From the NCBI GenBank assembly GCA_963815095.1, contig CAWFFH010000003.1, positions 320,001 to 384,000 of the forward strand: a DNA stretch of 64,000 bases, given 5' to 3'. This document shows, one piece after another, positions 28,121 through 37,924 of this stretch; position 1 is the first letter of the stretch, and the number at the start of each line of letters is the position of its first letter. The notes below the pieces were generated by a model. The model made no database searches. It was given only the letters and a program-made list of their open reading frames with translations, and had not been told where the DNA came from. The DNA is from Candidatus Bathyarchaeota archaeon (GTDB lineage Archaea > Thermoproteota > Bathyarchaeia > Bathyarchaeales > Bathycorpusculaceae). The position numbers and the translations under genes are program-made.

Positions 28121-31100
28121 CTCATTGGTAGTTTTGATTGATCTTATTCCTGACCCTGTCATAGTTATAGATTGTTTAGGAAAAATTGTAGCTGCAAACA
28201 AGATTATTGGAAAGTTTGCTGGGTACGAAAAAGAAGCGCTGATCGGCAAGAGTTTTAGAGGCTTAGGTTTTATAAGTGAAGATTACAAGTTGTTGCTCCC
28301 AAAAAAAGCGGATAAGAAGTTTGTAGCCTCTATCATTGAACCTTATGAAGTTAAAATCAAAACCAAGAGCGGAGAAGTAAAATGCCTGAAAGTGAATGGG
28401 AATCGTTTAATCAATAAAGGAGAGCTTTTAAACCTAGTTATTTTCCATGACGTTTCTGAAGAAAATAAAACCCGAAACAAACTTCGCCAGGGTTTATTTG
28501 AAAGCGAAGAAAAATTTCGTGTTATAACCAACTCAATTAGAGAAGCCTTAATCGTCGTCAACGATGAAGCGAAAGTGACCTATTGGAACCCCGCCGCCGA
28601 AAAGATATTTGATTATACAAATGAGGAAGCCATTGGAAAAGACATACATGAACTAGTTGTTCCAAAGTCAATGTGCAAAGAAGGAAGAGAACGCATCGCG
28701 CTAAGTGTAAAAACTTTTACTCAGACAGGAATGGGCTACTTCACAGTGGGAAATGTTGAATTAGTTGGGCGTCGCAAAGACGGCAGCGAATTCCCTGTTG
28801 AGTTATCAATTTCCCCTACAAAGTTTATGGGAAAATGGAGTGCAGTTGCAGTAGTCAAAGACATTACCAAAAGAAAACAAGCTGAACAAAAGCTAAGAGA
28901 CGCTGAACAACGTTACCACGCAATTTTTAATCAAGCCCCCTTGGGTGTCTTAGTTGTTGACCCAGAAACATCGGCGTTTGTTGAATTCAATGATGTTGCT
29001 CATCAACTGTTGGGTTACTCAAGAGAAGAATTTGAAAACTTGACAGTTAACGATATTGAAGCTACAGAATCGCCAAACCAGGTTAGGTTGCACCTTAAAG
29101 AAATGTTGAAAGACGGTAGAGGAGAATTTGAAACTCTGCTTAGAACAAAAAACGGCGATGTCAAGAATACTTGGGTTACTACCAGAACATTCCAGTCGGC
29201 AGGCAAAACATTCCTCCATTGTGTTTACAGGGATGTTACTGAAATCAAAAAAGTACAAAATGCTTTGATAGAAAGTGAGGAATTATCAAGGGCAATAGTT
29301 GCGAACGCCCCTATTGGAATAGCTTCCTCGGATATGAATTACCATTTTGTAAGTGCCAATGAGGCATTTTGCAGAATACTTGGGTACTCAGAGGAGGAAC
29401 TACGGAAATTAACTTTCAAGGAGATCACTCATCCTGAAAACCTCCAAAACAGCATTGCCCAAATGACAGCGCTAAAAGTCGGAAATATTCCCTTTTTCGT
29501 TGACGAAAAGCGCTATTTTAAGAAAGATGGAACAATTATAGTTTGCAAAGTCATTGTTAACGCAATTCGAGACCAAACAGATCAACCTATTCTTTTCATT
29601 GCAGAACTTGAAGATATAACAAAAAGCAAACAACTCGAAGGGGATTTACGGTCGAGCGAAGAACGATTCCGCGCAATCAGCACTTCCGCTATGGATGCCA
29701 TTATCTTGAGTAATGAACAAGACAGAATCATCTACTGGAATCCAGCTGCGGAGAAAACGTTTGGCTACTCAGAGAATGAAGCAATAGGAAAAAAACTATC
29801 AGAGCTAGTCATTCCGCCCCAAGGACAAAAAAATCACAAAGAATTACTAAAAGAGCTTCGTTCACATCCCATTTCGAAGAAACATTCAGGGTATTTTGCA
29901 ATAAGGAAAAATGGAACTGTATTTCCCATGGACCTTGCTGTAGTATCCATTAACTTAAAAGATAAAAATTGTCTTATGTCGATTATTAGAGACATCACGG
30001 AGTGGAAAGCCATGGAAGAAGCCCTCAGGCAAGAGCGAGATATGCTTGAAAACATGGCAACAAACATAGATGCAGGGTTAGCAATCATTAGCAAGGACTA
30101 TCGAGTTTTATGGGCTAACCAACGATTAACGCAAGTCAGTGGCACCGATAAAATTGAAAACAAACACTGTTACTCTTCATTTGAGAAAGAGTCCAACTGT
30201 ATTTGTCAAGATTGCGGCGTAAAAAAAATCTTCGAAAACGGCGTCATGATGGATAGGCATGATTATCATGTCAAGCACGGTGACCGCGACAAATGGATTG
30301 AACTCATCGCTACTCCCGTTAAAGACAAAGATGGAAAAGTAGTTGCTGCATTAGAGCTTGCTGTAGATGTAACTGAGAGGAAACTGCTTCAAAACAAACT
30401 TTTTGACTACTCACAAAGGCTAGAGGAATTGGTGCAACAAAGAACTCATCAATTAAAGAAAACACAAGCTGAACTAGTAAAATCAGAGAGACTGGCAGCC
30501 ATTGGTGAATTAGCGGGTATGGTTGGCCACGACCTACGCAACCCTTTGACTGGAATCAAAAACTCGGCTTATTTCTTGAAAAAGAAGGGAACTGAAATTT
30601 CTCCAACTCAAGCCCACGAAATGCTTGAAACAATTAACAAATGCGTGGACTACTCCAACAAAATTGTCAATGACCTATTAGATTACTCAAGAGAAGTTCA
30701 TTTGGAGACAAAAGAGGAATCGCCCAAAAAACTACTGAACGAATCCCTAAGCTTGATGGAGTTACCTGAAAAAATCGAAACCCAAAACCTACTCAAAGAC
30801 AACCCAACCGTAAAAGTTGATTCCGACAAAATAAAACGGGTTTTCATAAACCTAATCAAAAACGCATCTGATGCAATGCCTAACGGAGGTAAAATTATCA
30901 TTGACAGCAAACAGGTCGAGGGCAGCTTAGAGCTCTCATTCTCAGACACAGGCTCAGGCATTTCTGAGGAGATCTTACCGAACCTTTTTTCGCCATTATT
31001 TACGACGAAAGCGCAGGGCATGGGCTTTGGCTTAGCTATATGCAAACGCATTGTCGAGGCTCATGGTGGAACTATTGCAGTCAAAACTATGAAGGAAAAA

Positions 31101-31193
31101 GGGACGACTTTCACATTAACTTTACCAATAGAATCCAAGTCTGAAATTGGAGGTGAAAAAAATGGATATACATCCAATAATCCTCGTAGTTGA
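28083..31193 (+). CDS. Cytoplasmic sensor histidine kinase with about six PAS domains
   Basis: Repeated N.AAE..FGY and DIT..K PAS/PAC motifs; H-box HDLRNPL; N, DxGxG, F and GxGxGL boxes; no TM helix. Confidence 0.95.
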   Translation: MTLEKSQSNKHDDSLVVLIDLIPDPVIVIDCLGKIVAANKIIGKFAGYEKEALIGKSFRGLGFISEDYKLLLPKKADKKFVASIIEPYEVKIKTKSGEVKCLKVNGNRLINKGELLNLVIFHDVSEENKTRNKLRQGLFESEEKFRVITNSIREALIVVNDEAKVTYWNPAAEKIFDYTNEEAIGKDIHELVVPKSMCKEGRERIALSVKTFTQTGMGYFTVGNVELVGRRKDGSEFPVELSISPTKFMGKWSAVAVVKDITKRKQAEQKLRDAEQRYHAIFNQAPLGVLVVDPETSAFVEFNDVAHQLLGYSREEFENLTVNDIEATESPNQVRLHLKEMLKDGRGEFETLLRTKNGDVKNTWVTTRTFQSAGKTFLHCVYRDVTEIKKVQNALIESEELSRAIVANAPIGIASSDMNYHFVSANEAFCRILGYSEEELRKLTFKEITHPENLQNSIAQMTALKVGNIPFFVDEKRYFKKDGTIIVCKVIVNAIRDQTDQPILFIAELEDITKSKQLEGDLRSSEERFRAISTSAMDAIILSNEQDRIIYWNPAAEKTFGYSENEAIGKKLSELVIPPQGQKNHKELLKELRSHPISKKHSGYFAIRKNGTVFPMDLAVVSINLKDKNCLMSIIRDITEWKAMEEALRQERDMLENMATNIDAGLAIISKDYRVLWANQRLTQVSGTDKIENKHCYSSFEKESNCICQDCGVKKIFENGVMMDRHDYHVKHGDRDKWIELIATPVKDKDGKVVAALELAVDVTERKLLQNKLFDYSQRLEELVQQRTHQLKKTQAELVKSERLAAIGELAGMVGHDLRNPLTGIKNSAYFLKKKGTEISPTQAHEMLETINKCVDYSNKIVNDLLDYSREVHLETKEESPKKLLNESLSLMELPEKIETQNLLKDNPTVKVDSDKIKRVFINLIKNASDAMPNGGKIIIDSKQVEGSLELSFSDTGSGISEEILPNLFSPLFTTKAQGMGFGLAICKRIVEAHGGTIAVKTMKEKGTTFTLTLPIESKSEIGGEKNGYTSNNPRS

Positions 31194-31614
31194 CGATGAT
31201 GAAACAATAAGAACTACAATAAAGGCGATACTTGAAGACGAAGGATACCTTGTTGATTTAGCTGGCACTGGAAAAGAAGCGATCCAAAAAACCGAAGAAA
31301 AAACCTACAATGTTGCATTGCTAGACATTCGATTGCCAGACATGGAAGGCGTAGAACTATTGAAACTAATGAAGGATACTGTTCCCAGAACGCGTAAAAT
31401 AATGGTAACTGGTTACCCATCAATGCAGAACGCTATTGGTGCACTAAACAAAAACGCTGATGCATACTTGGTTAAGCCTGTGGAAATCGAAAAGTTACTA
31501 AACACAGTTAAGGAACAATTGCAAGCTCAGAAAGACGAACGTAAGTTCAGTGAGCAAAGAGTCGCTGAATTCATCGAAAGCCGAGTTAAAGAACTGTCCG
31601 CTGAAACCATTTAA
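31162..31614 (+). CDS. Response regulator (receiver domain with a short C-terminal helix)
   Basis: VVDDD, LDIRLPD, TG and KP motifs; GGAGGTGA SD before ATG 31162. Confidence 0.93.
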   Translation: MDIHPIILVVDDDETIRTTIKAILEDEGYLVDLAGTGKEAIQKTEEKTYNVALLDIRLPDMEGVELLKLMKDTVPRTRKIMVTGYPSMQNAIGALNKNADAYLVKPVEIEKLLNTVKEQLQAQKDERKFSEQRVAEFIESRVKELSAETI

Positions 31615-31757
31615 CACTGCATCCCAAAATTTTCTAATATTTTTAGCTATTTTTACGAATATCTATTAGTCAACACTTATCCGGGAAATGAAAAGTGTGA
31701 GACAGAAAATTAATATGGTACGCGTGTGCAAGAGCTTGGAAAGTGGTGAGTTAAAAA

Positions 31758-31973
31758 TTGAGTTTTGGAAACATGAAGGTTTTTAATGGAGTCCAAGAAG
31801 CGCTAGTTTTAGGGTTGATGCTCGTCACTATTTTAGTACTTTTCTATGCGAACATAGATTTTACCCACAAGATAGGTATTGCAGTCATTGCGTTCATAAT
31901 AATTTTCTTAGCAACCTTGTCAGCGTCGCTTCTGAGACAGCAAAAAGAAATCCAAAAAGCCAAAGAAGCCTAA
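31758..31973 (+). CDS. Small two-TM membrane protein
   Basis: Two hydrophobic segments and a basic tail; GGTGA SD. Confidence 0.6.
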   Translation: MSFGNMKVFNGVQEALVLGLMLVTILVLFYANIDFTHKIGIAVIAFIIIFLATLSASLLRQQKEIQKAKEA

Positions 31974-32018
31974 ATCCTTTCACTTTACTCTCCTCTGCCT
32001 TGTGACTTCGTTTTGTTG

Positions 32019-32062
32019 ATAGAAGTAGTCGTCGTTAAGGCGCCTAAGACTACTACTTCTAT
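32019..32062. other. Strong inverted repeat (hairpin) between convergent genes
   Basis: ATAGAAGTAGT-c-GTC...GAC-t-ACTACTTCTAT around a palindromic AGGCGCCT core. Confidence 0.7.
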
Positions 32063-32469
32063 TGAAATACCCTTATCACAAGCTGTTGAAGACAAGATAA
32101 GATTGAGCGCTTCTGCATAAGTGCAGATATAGACTTCATTGCAACGCATTGATGATAACTAAAAAGTTGTTTATGACAACGATGACAAGAAAAAGAACAA
32201 CGGCGACATAAGAAACTCAACGTATTATGCGCGAAAGGATTCACTTGTTCTATTCGCCCTGCCAAGAAGGATTCTTTCCGCGAATACAAAAAATCTCCCG
32301 TGTGCAAACTCATGTTGCAGCAGTATCAGTAGCAGCAACTTGGGTTTCCTCGTAACTTTTTAACTCTGATTGTTGCAACCGCTCAACAGAAAGCAGATGA
32401 AAACAACAACTTCTCCCATACCCAGCAGTTATTTTAGCATCGTTAAAAAAATTGGAACAATGGAAAGGT

Positions 32470-33273
32470 TTAGTGGGAGTATAGTTTTTCGTAGGGTCGC
32501 TTTGAGAGGGGCAGTATCTTCTTGAAGTTGCTGTTAAGGATTGCTTTGGGGTCGGCACCGAAGTTGCTACAGTACTCGTTGACCAAGCTTTCGATTGTTT
32601 GCATGTCGCGTTTGCCCACAGGAAGGGTTTTGGTTCCGGCTTCGGGTTCGAGGATGTCGCCGCGCTCGTATATTACTCCTCCGTGCATACCTGTTCCGAC
32701 GAATCGTGCTACGCATTTTTCGCCCTCTTTGAGGGTTAAACCCAAGATAAGGATTACTCCACCTGCCATGTACTCTGCGAGGAAGTCGCCTGCCGTTTCC
32801 CCGATGACGATTTGGGGTATTTTCCGTTGGTACTCCTTCATGTGAATGCCGACTCGGTAGCCGACGTAGTCTTTAACGAAGATTTTGCCGCCTCGCATCG
32901 AGTGCCCAGTTAAGTCTCCAGCATGGCCGTGGACAATTATTTGTCCGTCGTTCATGGTGTTTCCGCTGGCGTCCTGAGCGCTGCCATGGATTACTAGTTT
33001 GGGTCCGCTCATGAATGCTCCAAGGTCGTTACCTGGCGTTCCGTAGATGTCGATTTGGATTTTGGTGTCAAGGTCTGTGCCGAGGTATCTTTGTCCGCAA
33101 ACATTGTGCAGTTCAATGCGTTCCGCGTCAGTGGTGATTACTGCTCTAAGCAAACTGTTAAGTTCTTTGTAGTGGAGTTCATCCGCGTTGATTTTGACGA
33201 CTTTATCTTCGTTTTTAATTCGGAATTGGTATTTTGCTTCTATTTCTATAGGTTTACTTTCTTCTTGCTGCAT
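32470..33273 (-). CDS. Glutamate synthase GXGXG (domain 3) subunit
   Basis: Repeated I.G..G..LG..M.GG beta-helix motifs. Confidence 0.88.
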   Translation of the reverse strand: MQQEESKPIEIEAKYQFRIKNEDKVVKINADELHYKELNSLLRAVITTDAERIELHNVCGQRYLGTDLDTKIQIDIYGTPGNDLGAFMSGPKLVIHGSAQDASGNTMNDGQIIVHGHAGDLTGHSMRGGKIFVKDYVGYRVGIHMKEYQRKIPQIVIGETAGDFLAEYMAGGVILILGLTLKEGEKCVARFVGTGMHGGVIYERGDILEPEAGTKTLPVGKRDMQTIESLVNEYCSNFGADPKAILNSNFKKILPLSKRPYEKLYSH

Positions 33274-33277
33274 TTCT

Positions 33278-34789
33278 TTATGCTCCTGCCATTTTAACCC
33301 CTAAAATCTTAAGCTCAGTTTTGGTTAAACCAACACCTCTAAGTGCCAAGCGGTTACCACGTAAGCTTTCGATAGCGTTTATGCCCATGCCGCCCATCAT
33401 GTCTTTAATCTCGAGGCTCCAGCTGTTGAGCAGATTCACGAGTCGTTTGGATGCGATATCGGGGTTTATGCGTTTGCTAATCCATGGGTCACTTGTCGCG
33501 ATTCCCCAGGGACATTTCCCTGTGTAGCAGCGTTGGCAAACCGTGCATCCTATGGATATCAAAGCTGCCGTTGCAATGTACACTGCGTCTGCGCCTAGCG
33601 CTATGGCTTTTATGACGTCTGCGCTGCTGCGTATGCCTCCAGCCGCTACCACGGAAGCATTGTTTCTGATTCCTTCTTCGCGAAGGCGTTGATCCACTTG
33701 GGCTATTGCTAATTCGATAGGTATCCCTACGTTGTCTCGGATGACTTTGGGTGCTGCGCCGGTTGCGCCTCGAACGCCGTCGAGAGCGATTATGTCTGCT
33801 CCAGCCCGAACCATGCCGCTTGCGATTGCGGGGGCATTGTGAACGGCTGCTATTTTAACAGAGATAGGTTTGGTGTAGTTTGTGGCTTCTTTAAGAGCGT
33901 AGATTAGCTGTCTTAGGTCTTCGATTGAGTAGATGTCGTGTTGAGGTGCAGGGGAGAGTGCATCAGTGCCTTGTGGAATCATACGTGTTTTGGCGACATG
34001 CTCGGTGACTTTTTCGCCTGGAAGGTGACCGCCGATTCCTGGTTTTGCACCTTGACCGATTTTGATTTCAACTGCTGCACCGGCATCAAGGTAGTTGGCA
34101 TGCACTCCAAATCTGCCGGAAGCAACCTGCACAATGGTATTTGAGCCGTATTTGTATAGACTTTTATCTAAACCACCTTCACCTGTGTTCCAGTATGTGC
34201 CACATTCGGTTGCTGCACGCGCTAAAGATTCATGAGTGTTTAAACTAATAGCGCCGTACGACATGGCAGAGAACATTATTGGAGTGTCTAAGCAAAGTTG
34301 CGGAGCAAGCTGGGTCTTTAAAGTGATTTCGCCGTTTTCTGCTGCCAAGTCTATTCGATCTGGTTTTGCACCAAGGTATGTGCGGATTTCCATGGGTTCC
34401 CGTAGTGGGTCAATTGATGGGTTGGTGACTTGGCTTGCGTTTAGCAGTAAGCGGTCCCAGTAAGTGTAGTCTGGTTTGTCGCAGCCCATGCCAGTTAAGA
34501 TTACTCCGCCGGTTTCTGCTTGTTTTTTCACGTCGCGGATTGCTTCCATTCTCCAGTTAGCGTTCTCTCGGCTGACGTTGGGGTTCTTTTTGATGGTTAT
34601 GGCGTGGGTTGGGCAGAAGGTTACGCATCGCTGGCAGTTGACACAGTTTTCATCTTTGCTACAGACAGTGTCGGTTTCTTGGTCGTAGAAGTGTGTGTCG
34701 TAGGTGCATTGGTTAACGCATACTTTACAGCGAATGCACCGTTTTTCGTCTCGCTCAACGAGATATTCAGGTATTATGTAGGTTTTCAT
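33278..34789 (-). CDS. Glutamate synthase FMN-binding subunit with an N-terminal 2x[4Fe-4S] domain
   Basis: MSYGA, NTGEGG, QVASGRFGV, EIKIGQGAKPG.GGHLPG.KV, C..C..CYTG.CP.GIAT. Confidence 0.93.
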   Translation of the reverse strand: MKTYIIPEYLVERDEKRCIRCKVCVNQCTYDTHFYDQETDTVCSKDENCVNCQRCVTFCPTHAITIKKNPNVSRENANWRMEAIRDVKKQAETGGVILTGMGCDKPDYTYWDRLLLNASQVTNPSIDPLREPMEIRTYLGAKPDRIDLAAENGEITLKTQLAPQLCLDTPIMFSAMSYGAISLNTHESLARAATECGTYWNTGEGGLDKSLYKYGSNTIVQVASGRFGVHANYLDAGAAVEIKIGQGAKPGIGGHLPGEKVTEHVAKTRMIPQGTDALSPAPQHDIYSIEDLRQLIYALKEATNYTKPISVKIAAVHNAPAIASGMVRAGADIIALDGVRGATGAAPKVIRDNVGIPIELAIAQVDQRLREEGIRNNASVVAAGGIRSSADVIKAIALGADAVYIATAALISIGCTVCQRCYTGKCPWGIATSDPWISKRINPDIASKRLVNLLNSWSLEIKDMMGGMGINAIESLRGNRLALRGVGLTKTELKILGVKMAGA

Positions 34790-35928
34790 TACATTACGCC
34801 TCCAGCGAGGATTTCAGCAGCACGTTTACTGTTATTATTTAATCTGGCAACCACAGGTTCGCCGCCTCTTGGACACCAGAACTTATCTAGGTTCGGAGAA
34901 ACCAGCCGCATAGCTGACTCCTCAGAGGACAAGTACAGGTAGTCGCCATTTGTGCCAGCAACCAGTGGTCGCAGCTTGATTCGGTCAGTTAATCCAATCA
35001 TTTCGCCATGATGGGCGATGACTATGCTGAAGGGCCCGTTCATCAGTAGGCTGCCGTAAGTTTGGCGCAGAGTTCTTAGTAATTGTGCTTGTTTGGGTTC
35101 CATGCAGTCAATTTCGCTCCATAGGGGTGAAGCAAAAATTTGGGCTACTAACTCAATTGGTAAGTGTTGTCTGCGCATCAGTAAATCAACTGCGTAAGCT
35201 AATACTTCGGTGTCTGTTTGCATGGTGCATTTGTAGCCAAACATTTCTATGTATCTGCGGTTAATGCCATAGGATGAGAGCTCACCGTTGTGTACAACTG
35301 TCCAGTCTAAGATGTTGAATGGGTGTGCTCCCCCCCACCAGCCAGGAGTGTTCGTTGGGAATCGGCTGTGGCAAGACCAAAGGTACCCTTCGTATTCGTC
35401 TAAACAGAAGAATTCTGCAACGTCTTCAGGGAAACCAACACCTTTGAAGACACCCATGTCTTTGCCACTTGAGAAGACAAATGCCTTGCCCGTCTCCGTG
35501 TTGATGTGCATGATAGCTTCTATGAGGTAGTCTTCTTCTGTTTGGTTTTCTGGGCGTTGTTTTTTGGGTTGTACAAAGTAACGCCAGACTTGTGGTGGGT
35601 CCCGTACGTTGGCTGGTTTTGTCTGCATCTCTTCGTCGTAGACTATGTCGAATTTTGAAGCGAGTATGCGGTCAGTTTTTTCTTTCGCGTCCTTACTTAG
35701 GTACATTATGTGGAATGCGTAGTGGTCTTTGAAGTCGGGGTATATTCCGTAGACTGCGAAGCCGCCGCCTAAGCCGTTTCCGCGGTCATGCATGTTTGCC
35801 ATGGCTCGCACTGGATCTTTTGAGCCGAAGCGTTTACCGTCTTTATTCATGGCGGCGAAGATGCCACAGGCTGAGAAGTCTTTGTCGTCGTTGTATGGAT
35901 TGATTATTTTTTGATCGTTTTGATTCAT
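34789..35928 (-). CDS. Glutamate synthase class-II glutamine amidotransferase subunit
   Basis: ACGI, DRGNGLGGGF, HSRFPTNT..WWGGAHPF, VVHNGE and D..KLRP motifs. Confidence 0.92.
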   Translation of the reverse strand: MNQNDQKIINPYNDDKDFSACGIFAAMNKDGKRFGSKDPVRAMANMHDRGNGLGGGFAVYGIYPDFKDHYAFHIMYLSKDAKEKTDRILASKFDIVYDEEMQTKPANVRDPPQVWRYFVQPKKQRPENQTEEDYLIEAIMHINTETGKAFVFSSGKDMGVFKGVGFPEDVAEFFCLDEYEGYLWSCHSRFPTNTPGWWGGAHPFNILDWTVVHNGELSSYGINRRYIEMFGYKCTMQTDTEVLAYAVDLLMRRQHLPIELVAQIFASPLWSEIDCMEPKQAQLLRTLRQTYGSLLMNGPFSIVIAHHGEMIGLTDRIKLRPLVAGTNGDYLYLSSEESAMRLVSPNLDKFWCPRGGEPVVARLNNNSKRAAEILAGGVM

Positions 35929-37208
35929 TGTACCACACTCATTTTTCTTTGTAGTCCAGCAGGTAAAACCGCTAAGCCGAAGTCGTCTCTTAATAGATCT
36001 TGTTTAAACTTCTTCACGTTAACTTGGTTCTTCATTAGGTTGAAGAGGATTCCAGCGCGATCTATGCAGTTTACCAGTGTCATGCCAACGATTACGTTGT
36101 TTTTAAGAACCAACTTCTTGTACACGTTGTTCTCGGTATCCTTTTTAACTAAGATTTCGAGCGTTGGTTCTTCTGGTTTTGGGTTTGCCATACCGATGGA
36201 GACGATGGGCATGCCAAAGTACTTGAGGCTGCTCATGTTAGTGCCGCCTTCATAACTGGTTTTTGTGCCTGCCATGTTGGAGCCTGCAACTCTGCCCTCC
36301 AAAACCGCTAAAGGCCAAAGCGGCAAAAGGCGGTTCTGGTTAAGGATGAAATCGTAAGCTTCCGCAACGTCGCCGCTTGCGTAAACATCGGGAACATTGG
36401 TTTGCATGAAGTTATCAACCACGATGCCTCGGTTTATTTTCACCGCGGTTCCAGCAACAAGTTCGGTTCGCGGAATAACTCCTATGGCTACAATAACTAG
36501 GTCGCAGGGAACTTGATCGCCTTTGGTTAAGATTACTCCGCCGACAACACCGTCATTCTCGGGTTTACCGATGATTTTTTGCACAGATTGACCGGTTGCA
36601 AAGTTTACACCTGCCTTTCGTATAACGGCTTCTACGATATCTGAGGCTTTAGCATCTAAAAGTAAACTTAGGATTTTTTCCTGAAGTTCTACAACTGTGA
36701 CTTTTAAGCCGCGTTTCATGAGGGCTTCGGTTACGCTTATGCCAATTAATCCTGCGCCGATAACCACTGCGCTCTTGGCGTGAATACTGTCAATCTTTGC
36801 GGCTAAATGTTGGGCATCCGCGATGCTTGTGAATGTGAATACGCCATCTTTGTCTTGGCCTTCCATTTTTGGAACAAAGGGTTTGCCGCCTGTTGCAAGC
36901 AAAAGTTTTTCATAAACTACTTTTTCGCCATCTTCTAAGTTGACGGTTTTTTCAGTTAGATTTAGACTTACGGCTTTTTTCCCTAAACGTGCTTCGACGT
37001 TGTTTATTTTCCAGAAGTCGTCGGTTTTGCACTTCATTTTTTGCATGTCTGCTTTGAGACTGACTAAGTCGCTAATCATTGGGCGACTGTAGTGAGCGCA
37101 TGCTTCTTCAGTAATTACAGTTACTGTGCCGACTGGGTCTACTTTTCGTATAGCTTCAACTGCTGCTATGCCGGCTGCTGAAGCGCCTATAATCACATAC
37201 TTCACCAT
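35925..37208 (-). CDS. NAD(P)H/FAD-dependent oxidoreductase (NirB/rubredoxin-reductase-like)
   Basis: GASAAG, LLLATGG, GAGLIG and T..PDVYASGD motifs. Confidence 0.88.
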   Translation of the reverse strand: MVKYVIIGASAAGIAAVEAIRKVDPVGTVTVITEEACAHYSRPMISDLVSLKADMQKMKCKTDDFWKINNVEARLGKKAVSLNLTEKTVNLEDGEKVVYEKLLLATGGKPFVPKMEGQDKDGVFTFTSIADAQHLAAKIDSIHAKSAVVIGAGLIGISVTEALMKRGLKVTVVELQEKILSLLLDAKASDIVEAVIRKAGVNFATGQSVQKIIGKPENDGVVGGVILTKGDQVPCDLVIVAIGVIPRTELVAGTAVKINRGIVVDNFMQTNVPDVYASGDVAEAYDFILNQNRLLPLWPLAVLEGRVAGSNMAGTKTSYEGGTNMSSLKYFGMPIVSIGMANPKPEEPTLEILVKKDTENNVYKKLVLKNNVIVGMTLVNCIDRAGILFNLMKNQVNVKKFKQDLLRDDFGLAVLPAGLQRKMSVVQ

Positions 37209-37651
37209 TAGGATTTTACCTCCTTAAATACCAAGGCTTGGTTGGGGCAGTTGGCAACGCATGCTGGCTCGGCTTGATCTTGGCAGAGGTCACATTTAGC
37301 AACAACTTTACCTTCTTTATCCATAATCAAAGCGCCATATGGACAAACCATAACACAGGTCCAGCATCCCATGCATTTGTCTTTGTTGTGGATGACTTCG
37401 CCTGTTTTGGGGTCTTTTTGCATAGCGCCCGATAGACAGGCGGTTACGCAGGGCGCGTCTTCGCAGTGCCGGCATTGGATGGCAAACGAGACGGGTTTGT
37501 TGACTTCTCGTCTGATTCTAGCTATGGGTTTGGGTTGTTCGCTGTTGTATGCTTTGACTATGTCTTTTGATTTTGAATGTGCAGTGGTGCAATATACTTC
37601 GCATAGTCCACAGCCCATGCAAGCTTCTTGCTTTGCAATTATTTTTTTCAT
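37208..37651 (-). CDS. 4Fe-4S dicluster protein (CooF/HydN-like)
   Basis: CMGCGLC, CRHCEDAPC, CMGCWTC..CP and KCDLC...AC..NCP motifs. Confidence 0.9.
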   Translation of the reverse strand: MKKIIAKQEACMGCGLCEVYCTTAHSKSKDIVKAYNSEQPKPIARIRREVNKPVSFAIQCRHCEDAPCVTACLSGAMQKDPKTGEVIHNKDKCMGCWTCVMVCPYGALIMDKEGKVVAKCDLCQDQAEPACVANCPNQALVFKEVKS

Positions 37652-37924
37652 ACCTTAAATTTCCCCTTTTGGTGTTTAGCGCGGACAAGTGAGCATTAGT
37701 ACATGGAGTTCGATGTCGTTTGTGCATAGAATGCCCCGGCTTGTCGTTGCTTGATTACCGTTTAATATTACTATTTTACAACTGTTTAGAGCCATTTTTT
37801 TTCTCTCTTTTTTGGGAGTGCCCATTCAATAGCATGTTTTCTATATAACTTTGTTGTTAATCATTTATATGCAACTTAATGAAATATGTAATGTATACGA
37901 AACATTTACCAAAGGTGTAAGTTA

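Noticed and set aside
32059-32558. Short minus-strand ORFs downstream of the glutamate synthase operon
   Set aside because: No SD, atypical composition, no motifs.
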